Shown here: one piece after another, positions 31,444 through 39,765 of the stretch
Position numbering within the stretch: the stretch's first letter is position 1
Layout: each line of letters opens with the position of its first letter
Assembly (NCBI GenBank): GCA_034521595.1
Contig: JAXHMG010000003.1
Span: 32,001-96,000 of the forward strand
Source of the DNA: Gemmatimonadota bacterium
GTDB taxonomy: Bacteria; Gemmatimonadota; Gemmatimonadetes; Longimicrobiales; Gaopeijiaceae
Length of the DNA stretch: 64,000 bases
Direction of reading: 5' to 3'
Made by a program: the position numbers and the translations under genes
The notes under the pieces: generated by a model
The model's database searches: none
What the model saw: the letters and a program-made list of their open reading frames with translations, nothing else
Told to the model about the DNA's origin: nothing

Positions 31444-32403
31444 TCAGGCCTCGCGCCAGGCGCCGATGCCTTCGTATTTCGCCCACCGGCGCTCGCGAAG
31501 CTCGTCCACGGGAAGCTCTTCCAGCTCGGTGATGACCCGCTGCAAGGCGTCGCTCAACCGCCGCGAAGCTCCGTCCCAGTCCGTGTGGGCACCGCCTTCC
31601 GGCTCGGGAACGATCTCGTCGCAGACCCCGAGCCTGTGCAGATCTTCCGCCGTGAGCTTGAGGGCGGTCGCCGCCTTTTCTTTGTGCTCCGCCGAGCGCC
31701 ATAGGATGGCCGCGCACCCTTCGGGTGAGATGACCGAGTAGATGGAGTGCTCGAGCATCAGAATTCGGTCGGTCACGCCGATGCCGAGCGCCCCTCCCGA
31801 CATCCCTTCGCCGATGACGGCGGAGACGACGGGGACCCGCAGCCTGGCCATCTCACGAAGGTTGAAGGCGATCGCTTCTCCGATCCCGCGCTTCTCGGAT
31901 CCGATGCCCGGATAGGCTCCGGGCGTGTCGATGAAGGTGATCACCGGCCGGCCGAACTTCTCGGCCTGGTGCATGAGCCTCAGCGCCTTCCGGTATCCTT
32001 CGGGGTGCGGCATCCCGAAGTTGCGCCGGAGGTTCTCCTTCATGTCGCGGCCCTTCTGTTGGCCCACGACCATGACCGAATGTCCGTTGAGGCGAGCCCA
32101 TCCGCCGACGATCGCTTCGTCGTCCCGGTAGCCTCTGTCCCCGTGGAGCTCGATCCAGTCGGTGAAGAGCCGGTGGATGTAGTCCAGGGTATAGGGCCGT
32201 TGCGGATGGCGGGCGACTTGCACCTGCTCGATCGGCTTCAGGCTCTCGTAGGTCTCGCGCTTCAGGTCGAGGAGCTTGCCACGGAGCACGCCGACCTCGT
32301 CCGAGACGTCGATGCCCTTACGGTCCGCGAGATCGAGCAGCTTGTCGATCTGCGTCTGGATCTCGACGATGTCGCGCTCGAAGTCTAGATGCACGTTCGT
32401 CAT
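31444..32403 (-). CDS. accA: Acetyl-CoA carboxylase carboxyltransferase alpha subunit
   Basis: LDFE, ARHPQRP, LHGDR, FGMPHPEGYRKA, DTPGAYPG, SVISPEGC. Confidence 0.97.
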   Translation of the reverse strand: MTNVHLDFERDIVEIQTQIDKLLDLADRKGIDVSDEVGVLRGKLLDLKRETYESLKPIEQVQVARHPQRPYTLDYIHRLFTDWIELHGDRGYRDDEAIVGGWARLNGHSVMVVGQQKGRDMKENLRRNFGMPHPEGYRKALRLMHQAEKFGRPVITFIDTPGAYPGIGSEKRGIGEAIAFNLREMARLRVPVVSAVIGEGMSGGALGIGVTDRILMLEHSIYSVISPEGCAAILWRSAEHKEKAATALKLTAEDLHRLGVCDEIVPEPEGGAHTDWDGASRRLSDALQRVITELEELPVDELRERRWAKYEGIGAWREA

Positions 32404-32530
32404 GGGAAGGAGAAGCGTCTGGGACCCTGAAACTCGCCGGAGGCCGGCCGGGTCCGCAACCGGCGACGGGCCCGGACGAGCTGTTCGCGAAGTCCCTCGC
32501 GGCGTGGAGCCGTGCGGCTCGCGGCAAGCC

Positions 32531-34234
32531 TCAGGGCCGCAGCTCCTTGAGCACCCATCCGTCGGGGTCGAGCCGTACCGAGCCGGTCGGCCGCGCGTCG
32601 AGCGTGAAGCGGAGCGTGTCCTGGCCCGAGGCTGAAACCGCCTCGCGGCAGATCCGTTCGACTCCCTCACCCCAGCAGAGCTCGAGGGGCACCCGGAACC
32701 GGGGCCAATCTTCGTTCTGGACCTGTTGCACGACGACCTCGGCGACGCCGCCGTTCGCTTCATCCGGAATCCAGCGCTCCTCGACTTCGAAGACCGGATA
32801 TCCGGGTCGGTGGAGCCACTGCGTGAAAAACCAGTCGAGCTCGCGGTGGGAGACCTCTTCCATGACGTCCTTCAGGTCGTCGGTCAACACGGCCGTGTGG
32901 ATGTTTCGCCGGTAGAACTCACGGATGGCCTCGAAGAAGACTTCGTCTCCGAGCAGGCCGCGGAGCATGTGCAGAACCCATGCGCCCTTGGGGTAGTTGT
33001 TCGCGTTGAGGAGCGCGAACAGGTCGGTCTCGTCGGGATCGATGACCGGTCGCTCCGCGGCCTCCGAGTTCACGACTCGGGTGCGGTTGTTCTCCATGAT
33101 TCCGCGGAACGCGTCCACGCCGTCGGCGGCCTCGAAAAACAGACCTCCGAAGTAGGTCGCGAACCCCTCCGAAAGCCAGAGGTGGTGCCAGCTCGCTTCC
33201 GTCACGGCGTCGCCGAACCACTGGTGCGCGATCTCGTGCGAGACGGTGCTCTCGATGTCGCGCCCGTCCGCGATCGCCTGCTCCGAATAGAAGATGGCCG
33301 AAGCGTTCTCCATCCCGCCGAAACGGGTCGCTGACTGGACGTTGGCGAGCTTCTCGAACGGGTAGTTCCCGACCAACTCGGTGAAGAAGTCGACCATCTG
33401 GGCCGCGCGCCGGAACGAGGGCTCGGCGTTCTCGACGTCCTCCGGAAACACCCAGTAAGTCACCTCGACGCAGCCGTCCTCCCGCCGGGACGCCGGAGCC
33501 CGGCCGCATGCCGCCAGGCCGATCGTGCGCACCTCGAGGTCCGCCGCGCCGATCACCATGTTGTACGTCGAGATGGGTACGCCCACCTCCCAAACCCAGG
33601 TGCGTCGCTCTCCGCTCTCCGGACCGAGCGCTCCGTCGCGCGTCGGCGTCGGCTCACCGACCAGGTGGCCGTTCGCGATGACCCGCCAGCCGGCCGGAGC
33701 GTGGACCGTATAACGCACGGTCGCCTTGTCGGCCGGATGGTCCACCGTGGGCATCCAGAAACGTGTCCGGTTGGGCCAGTTGTCCACGAAGGCCGCGGGA
33801 TCTCCGTGTACGTTGTCGCGCAGGATGAGCCCGTCGTCGGGGACGCCCCGATACGCGAGCGCTACCCGGACGGTGTCGGCCGGGCGTCTGCCGTCCAGGG
33901 GCACCCGGACGACCCCGTCCTCGTGGAGGTAGGGCACGGTCTGGCCGTCGACGGTCAGCTCGGTGATCTCGAGCCCGGTGAAGTCGATCGGAAGCACGGG
34001 TCCGTGCTCCCGCACGCTCACCCGGAGCTCGGTATGGCCCTCGAAGCCCTCCGCACCGGATGCAAGGCCGACTTCCACCTCGTAGTGGAGCACGTCCACT
34101 CCGGGTGCGTAGGGCCCCGGGGCCGGCGCGACGCCCGCCTCGATGGGCTCGGGCTCCTGCGCCCCCGCCGGAATCGGGCCGGTGCCCAGCGCGAGGACGG
34201 CGGCTGCGATCGATACGGCCCGTTTCCACGTCAT
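32531..34234 (-). CDS. M1 family aminopeptidase (secreted)
   Basis: Signal peptide; GGMEN, HEIAHQWFG...WLSEGFATY, YPKGAWVLHML. Confidence 0.92.
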   Translation of the reverse strand: MTWKRAVSIAAAVLALGTGPIPAGAQEPEPIEAGVAPAPGPYAPGVDVLHYEVEVGLASGAEGFEGHTELRVSVREHGPVLPIDFTGLEITELTVDGQTVPYLHEDGVVRVPLDGRRPADTVRVALAYRGVPDDGLILRDNVHGDPAAFVDNWPNRTRFWMPTVDHPADKATVRYTVHAPAGWRVIANGHLVGEPTPTRDGALGPESGERRTWVWEVGVPISTYNMVIGAADLEVRTIGLAACGRAPASRREDGCVEVTYWVFPEDVENAEPSFRRAAQMVDFFTELVGNYPFEKLANVQSATRFGGMENASAIFYSEQAIADGRDIESTVSHEIAHQWFGDAVTEASWHHLWLSEGFATYFGGLFFEAADGVDAFRGIMENNRTRVVNSEAAERPVIDPDETDLFALLNANNYPKGAWVLHMLRGLLGDEVFFEAIREFYRRNIHTAVLTDDLKDVMEEVSHRELDWFFTQWLHRPGYPVFEVEERWIPDEANGGVAEVVVQQVQNEDWPRFRVPLELCWGEGVERICREAVSASGQDTLRFTLDARPTGSVRLDPDGWVLKELRP

Positions 34235-34236
34235 GG

Positions 34237-35241
34237 TCAGCCTTTCTCCTGAATGGTTTCGAATACCTCGACTTCCCCGAAGCTCTTCAGCCTGCCCCAA
34301 TACCGTGCGTAGGCGCGGGCGAGCTCGGGGTCGAGGTCCGGGCGTTCCGTGCCCAGCCCACTGAACTGCTCGAGCGCCTCGGTCTTGCCCGAGATGCGAT
34401 CCGCAATATCGACCACGTGGTGCGGCGAGAACGCCGAGGGCGACGTGGCCGTCTGGTACCCGAACACATGCACACGGCCCTCCGCGGCCTCGACGGCGAT
34501 GCGCGAAGCCGCGGAGCGCGATGGATGGCGGTCGCCCCGTGCCGGAGCGTACATGACCGAGGGGCGCAGCTCGTGCACGGCGCGGTGCAGCATCATCGCC
34601 ATGGCGTCGGGATCCCCGACCAGCGACTCGGCCAGCCGGAGCGTGAAGCCCAGGCCGCGGGCCGCCGCCCTTGCCGCGGCGAACTCGTCCGGATCCACCC
34701 GTGGTGGGTCGACCGGAATGGGCAGGATCACGACCTGGGCGCCTTCGGCGACCGCCGACCCGAGAACGCCCGCGCACCCCATGATCCCGTCGCCGATCAA
34801 TCCTTCCACGACCAGGACGGTCTCACGCTCGGGTGAAGCTCGCGCGGTCTCCGTGCCCCGAGGTCCGACCATGGAGCGGACGCGTCCGACGAAATCGTCC
34901 CGGTCCAGGGGCTTCACCATCACCTGATCGGCGCCCGCCCGGAACGCCTGGTCCCAGTAGTGCTCCTGGGTGTAGCCGGTCGTCGCCAGCACGGGCATGT
35001 GCCGGTCCTTCGCTTTGGCGGCGCGGATGACCTGGAATCCGTCGGCTCCGGGGAGGTTCAGGTCGGCGACGAGGAGGTCGAAGCCCCGCTCCTCGAGGAG
35101 TCGCAGCGCGTGGTCGCCGTCCTGCGTGTGCGTGACGGCGAACTCCGGCAGCCCGGAGAAGAACGTCTGCACGAGCAGCGCGTGATCCACCGAATCCTCG
35201 ACGAAGAGGACCTGGCGCTTCTCGGTGGAATCGGGGGTCAA
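34237..35241 (-). CDS. Response regulator receiver domain fused to a degenerate PIG-L/LmbE deacetylase-like domain
   Basis: REC: VEDS, LLVADLNLPG, TTG, KPL. C-terminal half is PIG-L-like (VDIADRISGKTEAL, ARYWG) with the metal motifs altered. Confidence 0.75.
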   Translation of the reverse strand: MTPDSTEKRQVLFVEDSVDHALLVQTFFSGLPEFAVTHTQDGDHALRLLEERGFDLLVADLNLPGADGFQVIRAAKAKDRHMPVLATTGYTQEHYWDQAFRAGADQVMVKPLDRDDFVGRVRSMVGPRGTETARASPERETVLVVEGLIGDGIMGCAGVLGSAVAEGAQVVILPIPVDPPRVDPDEFAAARAAARGLGFTLRLAESLVGDPDAMAMMLHRAVHELRPSVMYAPARGDRHPSRSAASRIAVEAAEGRVHVFGYQTATSPSAFSPHHVVDIADRISGKTEALEQFSGLGTERPDLDPELARAYARYWGRLKSFGEVEVFETIQEKG

Positions 35242-35312
35242 CGAGACATCTCGGTGTTTGGGCGGTGTGACGCTCGGAGCCCGAGCGTGCTCGACTGGAA
35301 TATATTGGGGCT

Positions 35313-35669
35313 AGCAGCCCGTGGCAGAAGTTGGGTGGGCCGGACCCGTGCTGCGCCCGGGTGCCCCGGGAGCGCCACGGCCCCAGATCCTAGGCGCCAT
35401 GACGAAGGCATAGCCTTGAGCTGGGCACCGCGCGAAGCGTGGTCCGAGGAGTGGCAACGACGGAGATGGGGCCGTGCCGCCCCGGGCACCGCCGCGCCAG
35501 CGGTGGTCCGAAGGGCACAAGGGGACCAACGCTATCGCGTCGGTGCCCGCGGCATCATACTGCGTCATAGCTCCTCCCCGATGCTTTGGCATCGCATTCG
35601 TCGCTCTTCCTTGTCTGATATCCGCAAGACCCTTGTGCGCGGCCCACCCAACTTCTGCCACGGGCTGCT
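35313..35669. mobile_element. MITE-like non-autonomous element with perfect 30-bp terminal inverted repeats
   Basis: AGCAGCCCGTGGCAGAAGTTGGGTGGGCCG (35313-35342) is the exact reverse complement of 35640-35669. CTAG (35311-35314) and CTCG (35668-35671) overlap the ends. No transposase inside. Confidence 0.8.
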
Positions 35670-35683
35670 CGGGAACCGTCCCG

Positions 35684-36955
35684 TCACGCGGCGTCGGAAG
35701 ACCGGTCTCGTCGGGGCTCCGGCAGGAGGAACCACACGATGAGCCCCATCGTGAGCACGAAGACGGCACCGACGATCGTGTTCGACCTGTATCCGACCCC
35801 GGCGAAGAGCGGGCCGGCGATCGCGCCACCGAGCGCGAACCCGACTTGGCCGAGCGCGACCGTGAGGCTCATCAGCGATCCTCTGCGGTCGTCGCTCACG
35901 AGCGCGGTGAGCAGCGCCGAGAACGGGCTGATGCGCATCGCGACGAGCACCATCGTCAGGAAGAAGATGACGTACGCCGTCCAGAGGTTCGTGACCAGCG
36001 GTACCGTGAGGAGCATGACCACGGAGAGTCCGATGCAGGAGAGCAGGATCAAGCCTTTGCGCCCGATCCGGTCGGAAAGCTTCCCCGCTTGCGGGCCGGT
36101 CACGACGTTTGCGACCCCGCCGATCAGGAACATGAGCGCGATCTGGTTGCCGGTCGCTCCGATGTCCCGCTCGAGCCAGGTCGGTAGGTAGACCACGAAC
36201 ACCGAAACCCCGAGGAACATCATGAAGAACGCCGTTGCCGCCCATGCGATCTCGGCTCGCTTCAACATCGTGACGTAGTCTTCGATGGCCTTCTTGATGG
36301 AGAGGCGGTGCTGGCTCAGCTGCACGTCGGGCTGTGGCATGCGCAGGAAGAGCAGGAGCAGGGTGGCGGCCATCGTGATCGCGAAGAGGTAGAAGGGCGA
36401 GCGGAAGCCCCATCGCTCCGCCATGACGATGCCCATCGGGATCCCGATGATCTGTCCGAAGGCGGATCCGCTCATCACCCAGCCGGTGGCCCAGCCCCGA
36501 CGCTCGTACGGAAAGTAGTCGCCAATGTAGGAGACGGCCGCTCCGCTCAGGATGCCACCCGCGATCCCAGCGAAGATGCGCACGGCCAGGAACGAGACGT
36601 ACCCGGTCACGAAGCCGTGGAGCGAGAGCGCGAGCGTCATCGTGCCGGCGCCCATCATCAGGATGCGTCGCCGTCCGATCTTGTCGGAGATCGGACCCGA
36701 GATGATGGCGAACACACCGACCATGATCGAGTAGGCGGACACCAAAGTGCCGAGCACCGCGTCCGCGATCCCGAGCTGGTTGCCGATCATGGGCAGGATC
36801 GGCGAGATGATCATGATCTGGCTGGCCGACGAGAACACCAGCAGCCAGAGGGTGAAGACGACCAGCAGCGGGGACACCTCGGTCGCGTCGCCCGGGGGGG
36901 TGTCCGGGCCCGCCGGGGGCCGGACGGCTTCACCGCCGAGCTCGGCTCCGCTCAA
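35684..36955 (-). CDS. MFS transporter
   Basis: About 12 TM segments; motif A GPISDKIGRR and GKLSDRIGRK; start uncertain. Confidence 0.88.
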   Translation of the reverse strand: MSGAELGGEAVRPPAGPDTPPGDATEVSPLLVVFTLWLLVFSSASQIMIISPILPMIGNQLGIADAVLGTLVSAYSIMVGVFAIISGPISDKIGRRRILMMGAGTMTLALSLHGFVTGYVSFLAVRIFAGIAGGILSGAAVSYIGDYFPYERRGWATGWVMSGSAFGQIIGIPMGIVMAERWGFRSPFYLFAITMAATLLLLFLRMPQPDVQLSQHRLSIKKAIEDYVTMLKRAEIAWAATAFFMMFLGVSVFVVYLPTWLERDIGATGNQIALMFLIGGVANVVTGPQAGKLSDRIGRKGLILLSCIGLSVVMLLTVPLVTNLWTAYVIFFLTMVLVAMRISPFSALLTALVSDDRRGSLMSLTVALGQVGFALGGAIAGPLFAGVGYRSNTIVGAVFVLTMGLIVWFLLPEPRRDRSSDAA

Positions 36956-37734
36956 CCCCCTTCGTTCCTGTCGACCCGCCCGGCGGCCCGCTGGGCCGTG
37001 GGCATCAGAACGAGCTGGAACACGTCCACGTGCTCGGGCGTGTTGGCCACGTAGAGCACCGCGTCCGCCACGTCGTCGCCCGACAGCGGGCGGGTGTCGG
37101 CGTAAACCTTCTTCGCCCGCTCTGCGTCTCCGTGGAAGCGGACCTCGCTGAACTCGGTTTCGGTCAGGCCCGGATCGACGCTGGAGACCCGCACCTTGGT
37201 GCCCAGCAGGTCCATGTTCATCCCTTCCGCGATCGCCCGCAGCCCGAACTTGGTGGCGTTGTAGACGGCCCCCTTCGGGTAGACCCAACGCCCGGCGATG
37301 CTCCCGATGTGGATGACGTGTCCACTGTTCCGCTCCACCATGTGCGGCAGGATCGCGCGCGACATGTAGAGGACTCCCTTGAGGTTGGTGTCGATCATGT
37401 CCTCCCAGTCGTCGATCGATCCCTCGTGGAGCTTGTCGAGACCCCGCGCCTTGCCGGCGTTGTTGACGAGGATGTCGGGGAGGAGCTCCAGCCGTTCGAG
37501 CGTGTTCACGTATTCGGCGACCTGGTCGCGGCTCGCCACGTCCACGCCGTGGGCGTTCGCTTCGACGCCGTGTTCCTTGCGCAGCTCCTCCGCCAGAGCC
37601 TCCACGCGCTCGAGCCGGCGGGCGGCGAGAAGGAGGTTCGCGCCCTGCTCGGCGAAGCGTCGCGCGCATGCTTCGCCGATTCCGGCGCTCGCTCCGGTGA
37701 TGAGGACGCGTTTTCCGATCAATCGATTGATCAT
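36952..37734 (-). CDS. SDR family oxidoreductase (YdfG-like)
   Basis: TGASAGIG, LVNNAG, YNATK, DPGLTETEFSEVRF. Confidence 0.9.
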   Translation of the reverse strand: MINRLIGKRVLITGASAGIGEACARRFAEQGANLLLAARRLERVEALAEELRKEHGVEANAHGVDVASRDQVAEYVNTLERLELLPDILVNNAGKARGLDKLHEGSIDDWEDMIDTNLKGVLYMSRAILPHMVERNSGHVIHIGSIAGRWVYPKGAVYNATKFGLRAIAEGMNMDLLGTKVRVSSVDPGLTETEFSEVRFHGDAERAKKVYADTRPLSGDDVADAVLYVANTPEHVDVFQLVLMPTAQRAAGRVDRNEGG

Positions 37735-37860
37735 GGTGGTGATGGTTCGGTGAACGGGTTGGGGGGCGTCAGATTCGCCCCGGCTCATCCGCGACGCAAC
37801 CGTGGCGACACCGGCGGTGGCCGACGGCTCCGGAAGCCACTACCCTCCGGCCGTCACGCG

Positions 37861-39108
37861 ATGGCTCGGAGGAGCGACTTGGACAGGAAGCAGGTCGGCG
37901 CCTGGGCGCTGTACGATTTCGCCAACTCGGTGTTCCCCGCGGTCATGACGACCGCGGTGTTCCCGGTCTACTACATCACGGTGGTGGTCGCGGACGGGGG
38001 TGGAGCCGGCGAGTGGTGGTGGGGGCGTGCCGTCGCGCTGTCGGCGCTGATCGTGGCCGTGACCTCTCCGCTGTTGGGTGCGATCGCGGACCGCGGCGGT
38101 GCGCGGAAGAAGTTCATGTTCGGGTGGGTCGGCGTATGCGTTGCAGCCGTCGCCGCGATGACGACGCTCGAGGCCGGGATGGTGATCCCGGGGTTCGTCC
38201 TGTTCGTCGTCGCCAACGTCGGGTTCGAGGGGGCGAACGTATTCTATAACGCGTATCTGCCCGACATCGCGCCTCCGGAGCGGCGTGGCTTCGTCTCGGG
38301 GCTCGGTTTCGGGATCGGGTACCTCGGCTCGGCCGTCGGGCTCATGATGGCGATTCCGTTCGTCGACCGGATCGAGCTCGTCTGGCTGTTGGTGGCCGGC
38401 TTTTTCTTCGTCTTTTCGCTCCCCGCCTTTTTCTTCCTGCCCGAGGACCGGCCGACGGGAATCACGCTGCCCGCGGCGGCACGCTGGGGGTTCGGCAACC
38501 TCCGCGTGATCGTGAGCGAGGTCTGGGCGAACCGGGAGCTGCGGAAGTTCCTGCTGGCCTTCTTCTTCTATATCGACGGCGTGCTGACCATCATCGTCAT
38601 GGCCGGCGCGGTCGCGACGGAAACGTTCGGTTTCGACCAGCGCGGGACCATCGTCCTCTTCCTGATCGTGCAGTTCTCGGCCCTGGCGGGTGCGTTCGCC
38701 TTGGCGGGCCCGACCGACCGTTTCGGGCCCAAGCGGGTGCTGAGCGGGGTGATCGTGCTGTGGATCGCCACCGGCGTGTCCGCCTACTTCATCCAGGACG
38801 CCGCGGTTTTCTACGGCCTGGCGGTGGTCGCCGGACTCGGTCTGGGCTCGATCCAGTCGGCGAGCCGGGCGCTGATGGCTTCGCTCGTCCCCGAGGGCCG
38901 GGAAGCCGAGATGTTCGGCTTCTACGCTCTGTGCGGAAAGACGTCGTCGATCATCGGACCGACCCTGTTCGGATACGTGACGCTCCTGGCGGACGGCAAC
39001 CAGCGGCCCGGCTTCCTCGTTTTGACCGGGCTGTTCGTCGTCGGCCTCTTCCTGTTGCAACGGGTTCGGGATCCCGTGTCCGGTCGCGTCGAGACGGCCG
39101 GGTCGTGA
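37861..39108 (+). CDS. MFS transporter, UMF1/ATG22-like
   Basis: WALYDFANS, PLLGAIADR, FYNAYLP, QSASRAL, EMFGFYAL. Confidence 0.88.
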   Translation: MARRSDLDRKQVGAWALYDFANSVFPAVMTTAVFPVYYITVVVADGGGAGEWWWGRAVALSALIVAVTSPLLGAIADRGGARKKFMFGWVGVCVAAVAAMTTLEAGMVIPGFVLFVVANVGFEGANVFYNAYLPDIAPPERRGFVSGLGFGIGYLGSAVGLMMAIPFVDRIELVWLLVAGFFFVFSLPAFFFLPEDRPTGITLPAAARWGFGNLRVIVSEVWANRELRKFLLAFFFYIDGVLTIIVMAGAVATETFGFDQRGTIVLFLIVQFSALAGAFALAGPTDRFGPKRVLSGVIVLWIATGVSAYFIQDAAVFYGLAVVAGLGLGSIQSASRALMASLVPEGREAEMFGFYALCGKTSSIIGPTLFGYVTLLADGNQRPGFLVLTGLFVVGLFLLQRVRDPVSGRVETAGS

Positions 39109-39231
39109 CGGGCCGCGTCGCGCCGCGCACCGGCACGCGATGGCGCGTCGGCGGTCGGGGAGCGACCTTGGCGCGTCGGCGGGCGGGTGCCCGCGCTCTC
39201 GGCAGGCGATTCTCACTCAAGGAGGACGAAG

Positions 39232-39759
39232 ATGGTTTCGGGACGCGACCTCGGACGGGCACGGCCCCTGACACTGTGGGCGATCGCCGTGGCGGGCTCG
39301 GTGCTCGCCGGCTGTTCGATCGAGCCGCGCACCGACCGTGAAGAGTCGGCGGCCGACGGACCCGCTTCGGGTGCGCCCGACAAGGAGGTGGTCGACGTGC
39401 CCGGCGTCGCGAGCTTGCCGGTGTTCTCGTCAGCGATTCGAAGCGGAGATTTCATCTTCCTGTCCGGCGCCATCGGCACGGTGCCGGGCGAGGAGCTGCA
39501 GTTGGTCGAAGGAGGCATCGGGTCCGAGACGCGGCAAACCCTCGAGAACCTCAGTGACGTGATCGAGGCCGCGGGGGGGACGATGGAAGACATGGTGAAG
39601 TGCACGGTCTTCCTCGCGGATATGGACGATTACGAGGCCATGAACGAAGTGTATCTCGAGTTCTTCCCTTCGGATCCCCCGGCTCGCTCGGCGCTCGCCG
39701 CGGCGGGTCTGGCGTTCGACGCCCGGGTGGAGATCGAGTGCATCGCGGCGGCTCGTTAG
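39232..39759 (+). CDS. RidA/YjgF family protein with lipoprotein signal peptide
   Basis: AAGGAGG RBS; lipobox LAGC; FLSGAIG, VKCTVFL, MNEVY, PARSA, VEIECIA. Confidence 0.85.
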   Translation: MVSGRDLGRARPLTLWAIAVAGSVLAGCSIEPRTDREESAADGPASGAPDKEVVDVPGVASLPVFSSAIRSGDFIFLSGAIGTVPGEELQLVEGGIGSETRQTLENLSDVIEAAGGTMEDMVKCTVFLADMDDYEAMNEVYLEFFPSDPPARSALAAAGLAFDARVEIECIAAAR

Positions 39760-39765
39760 CTGCGC

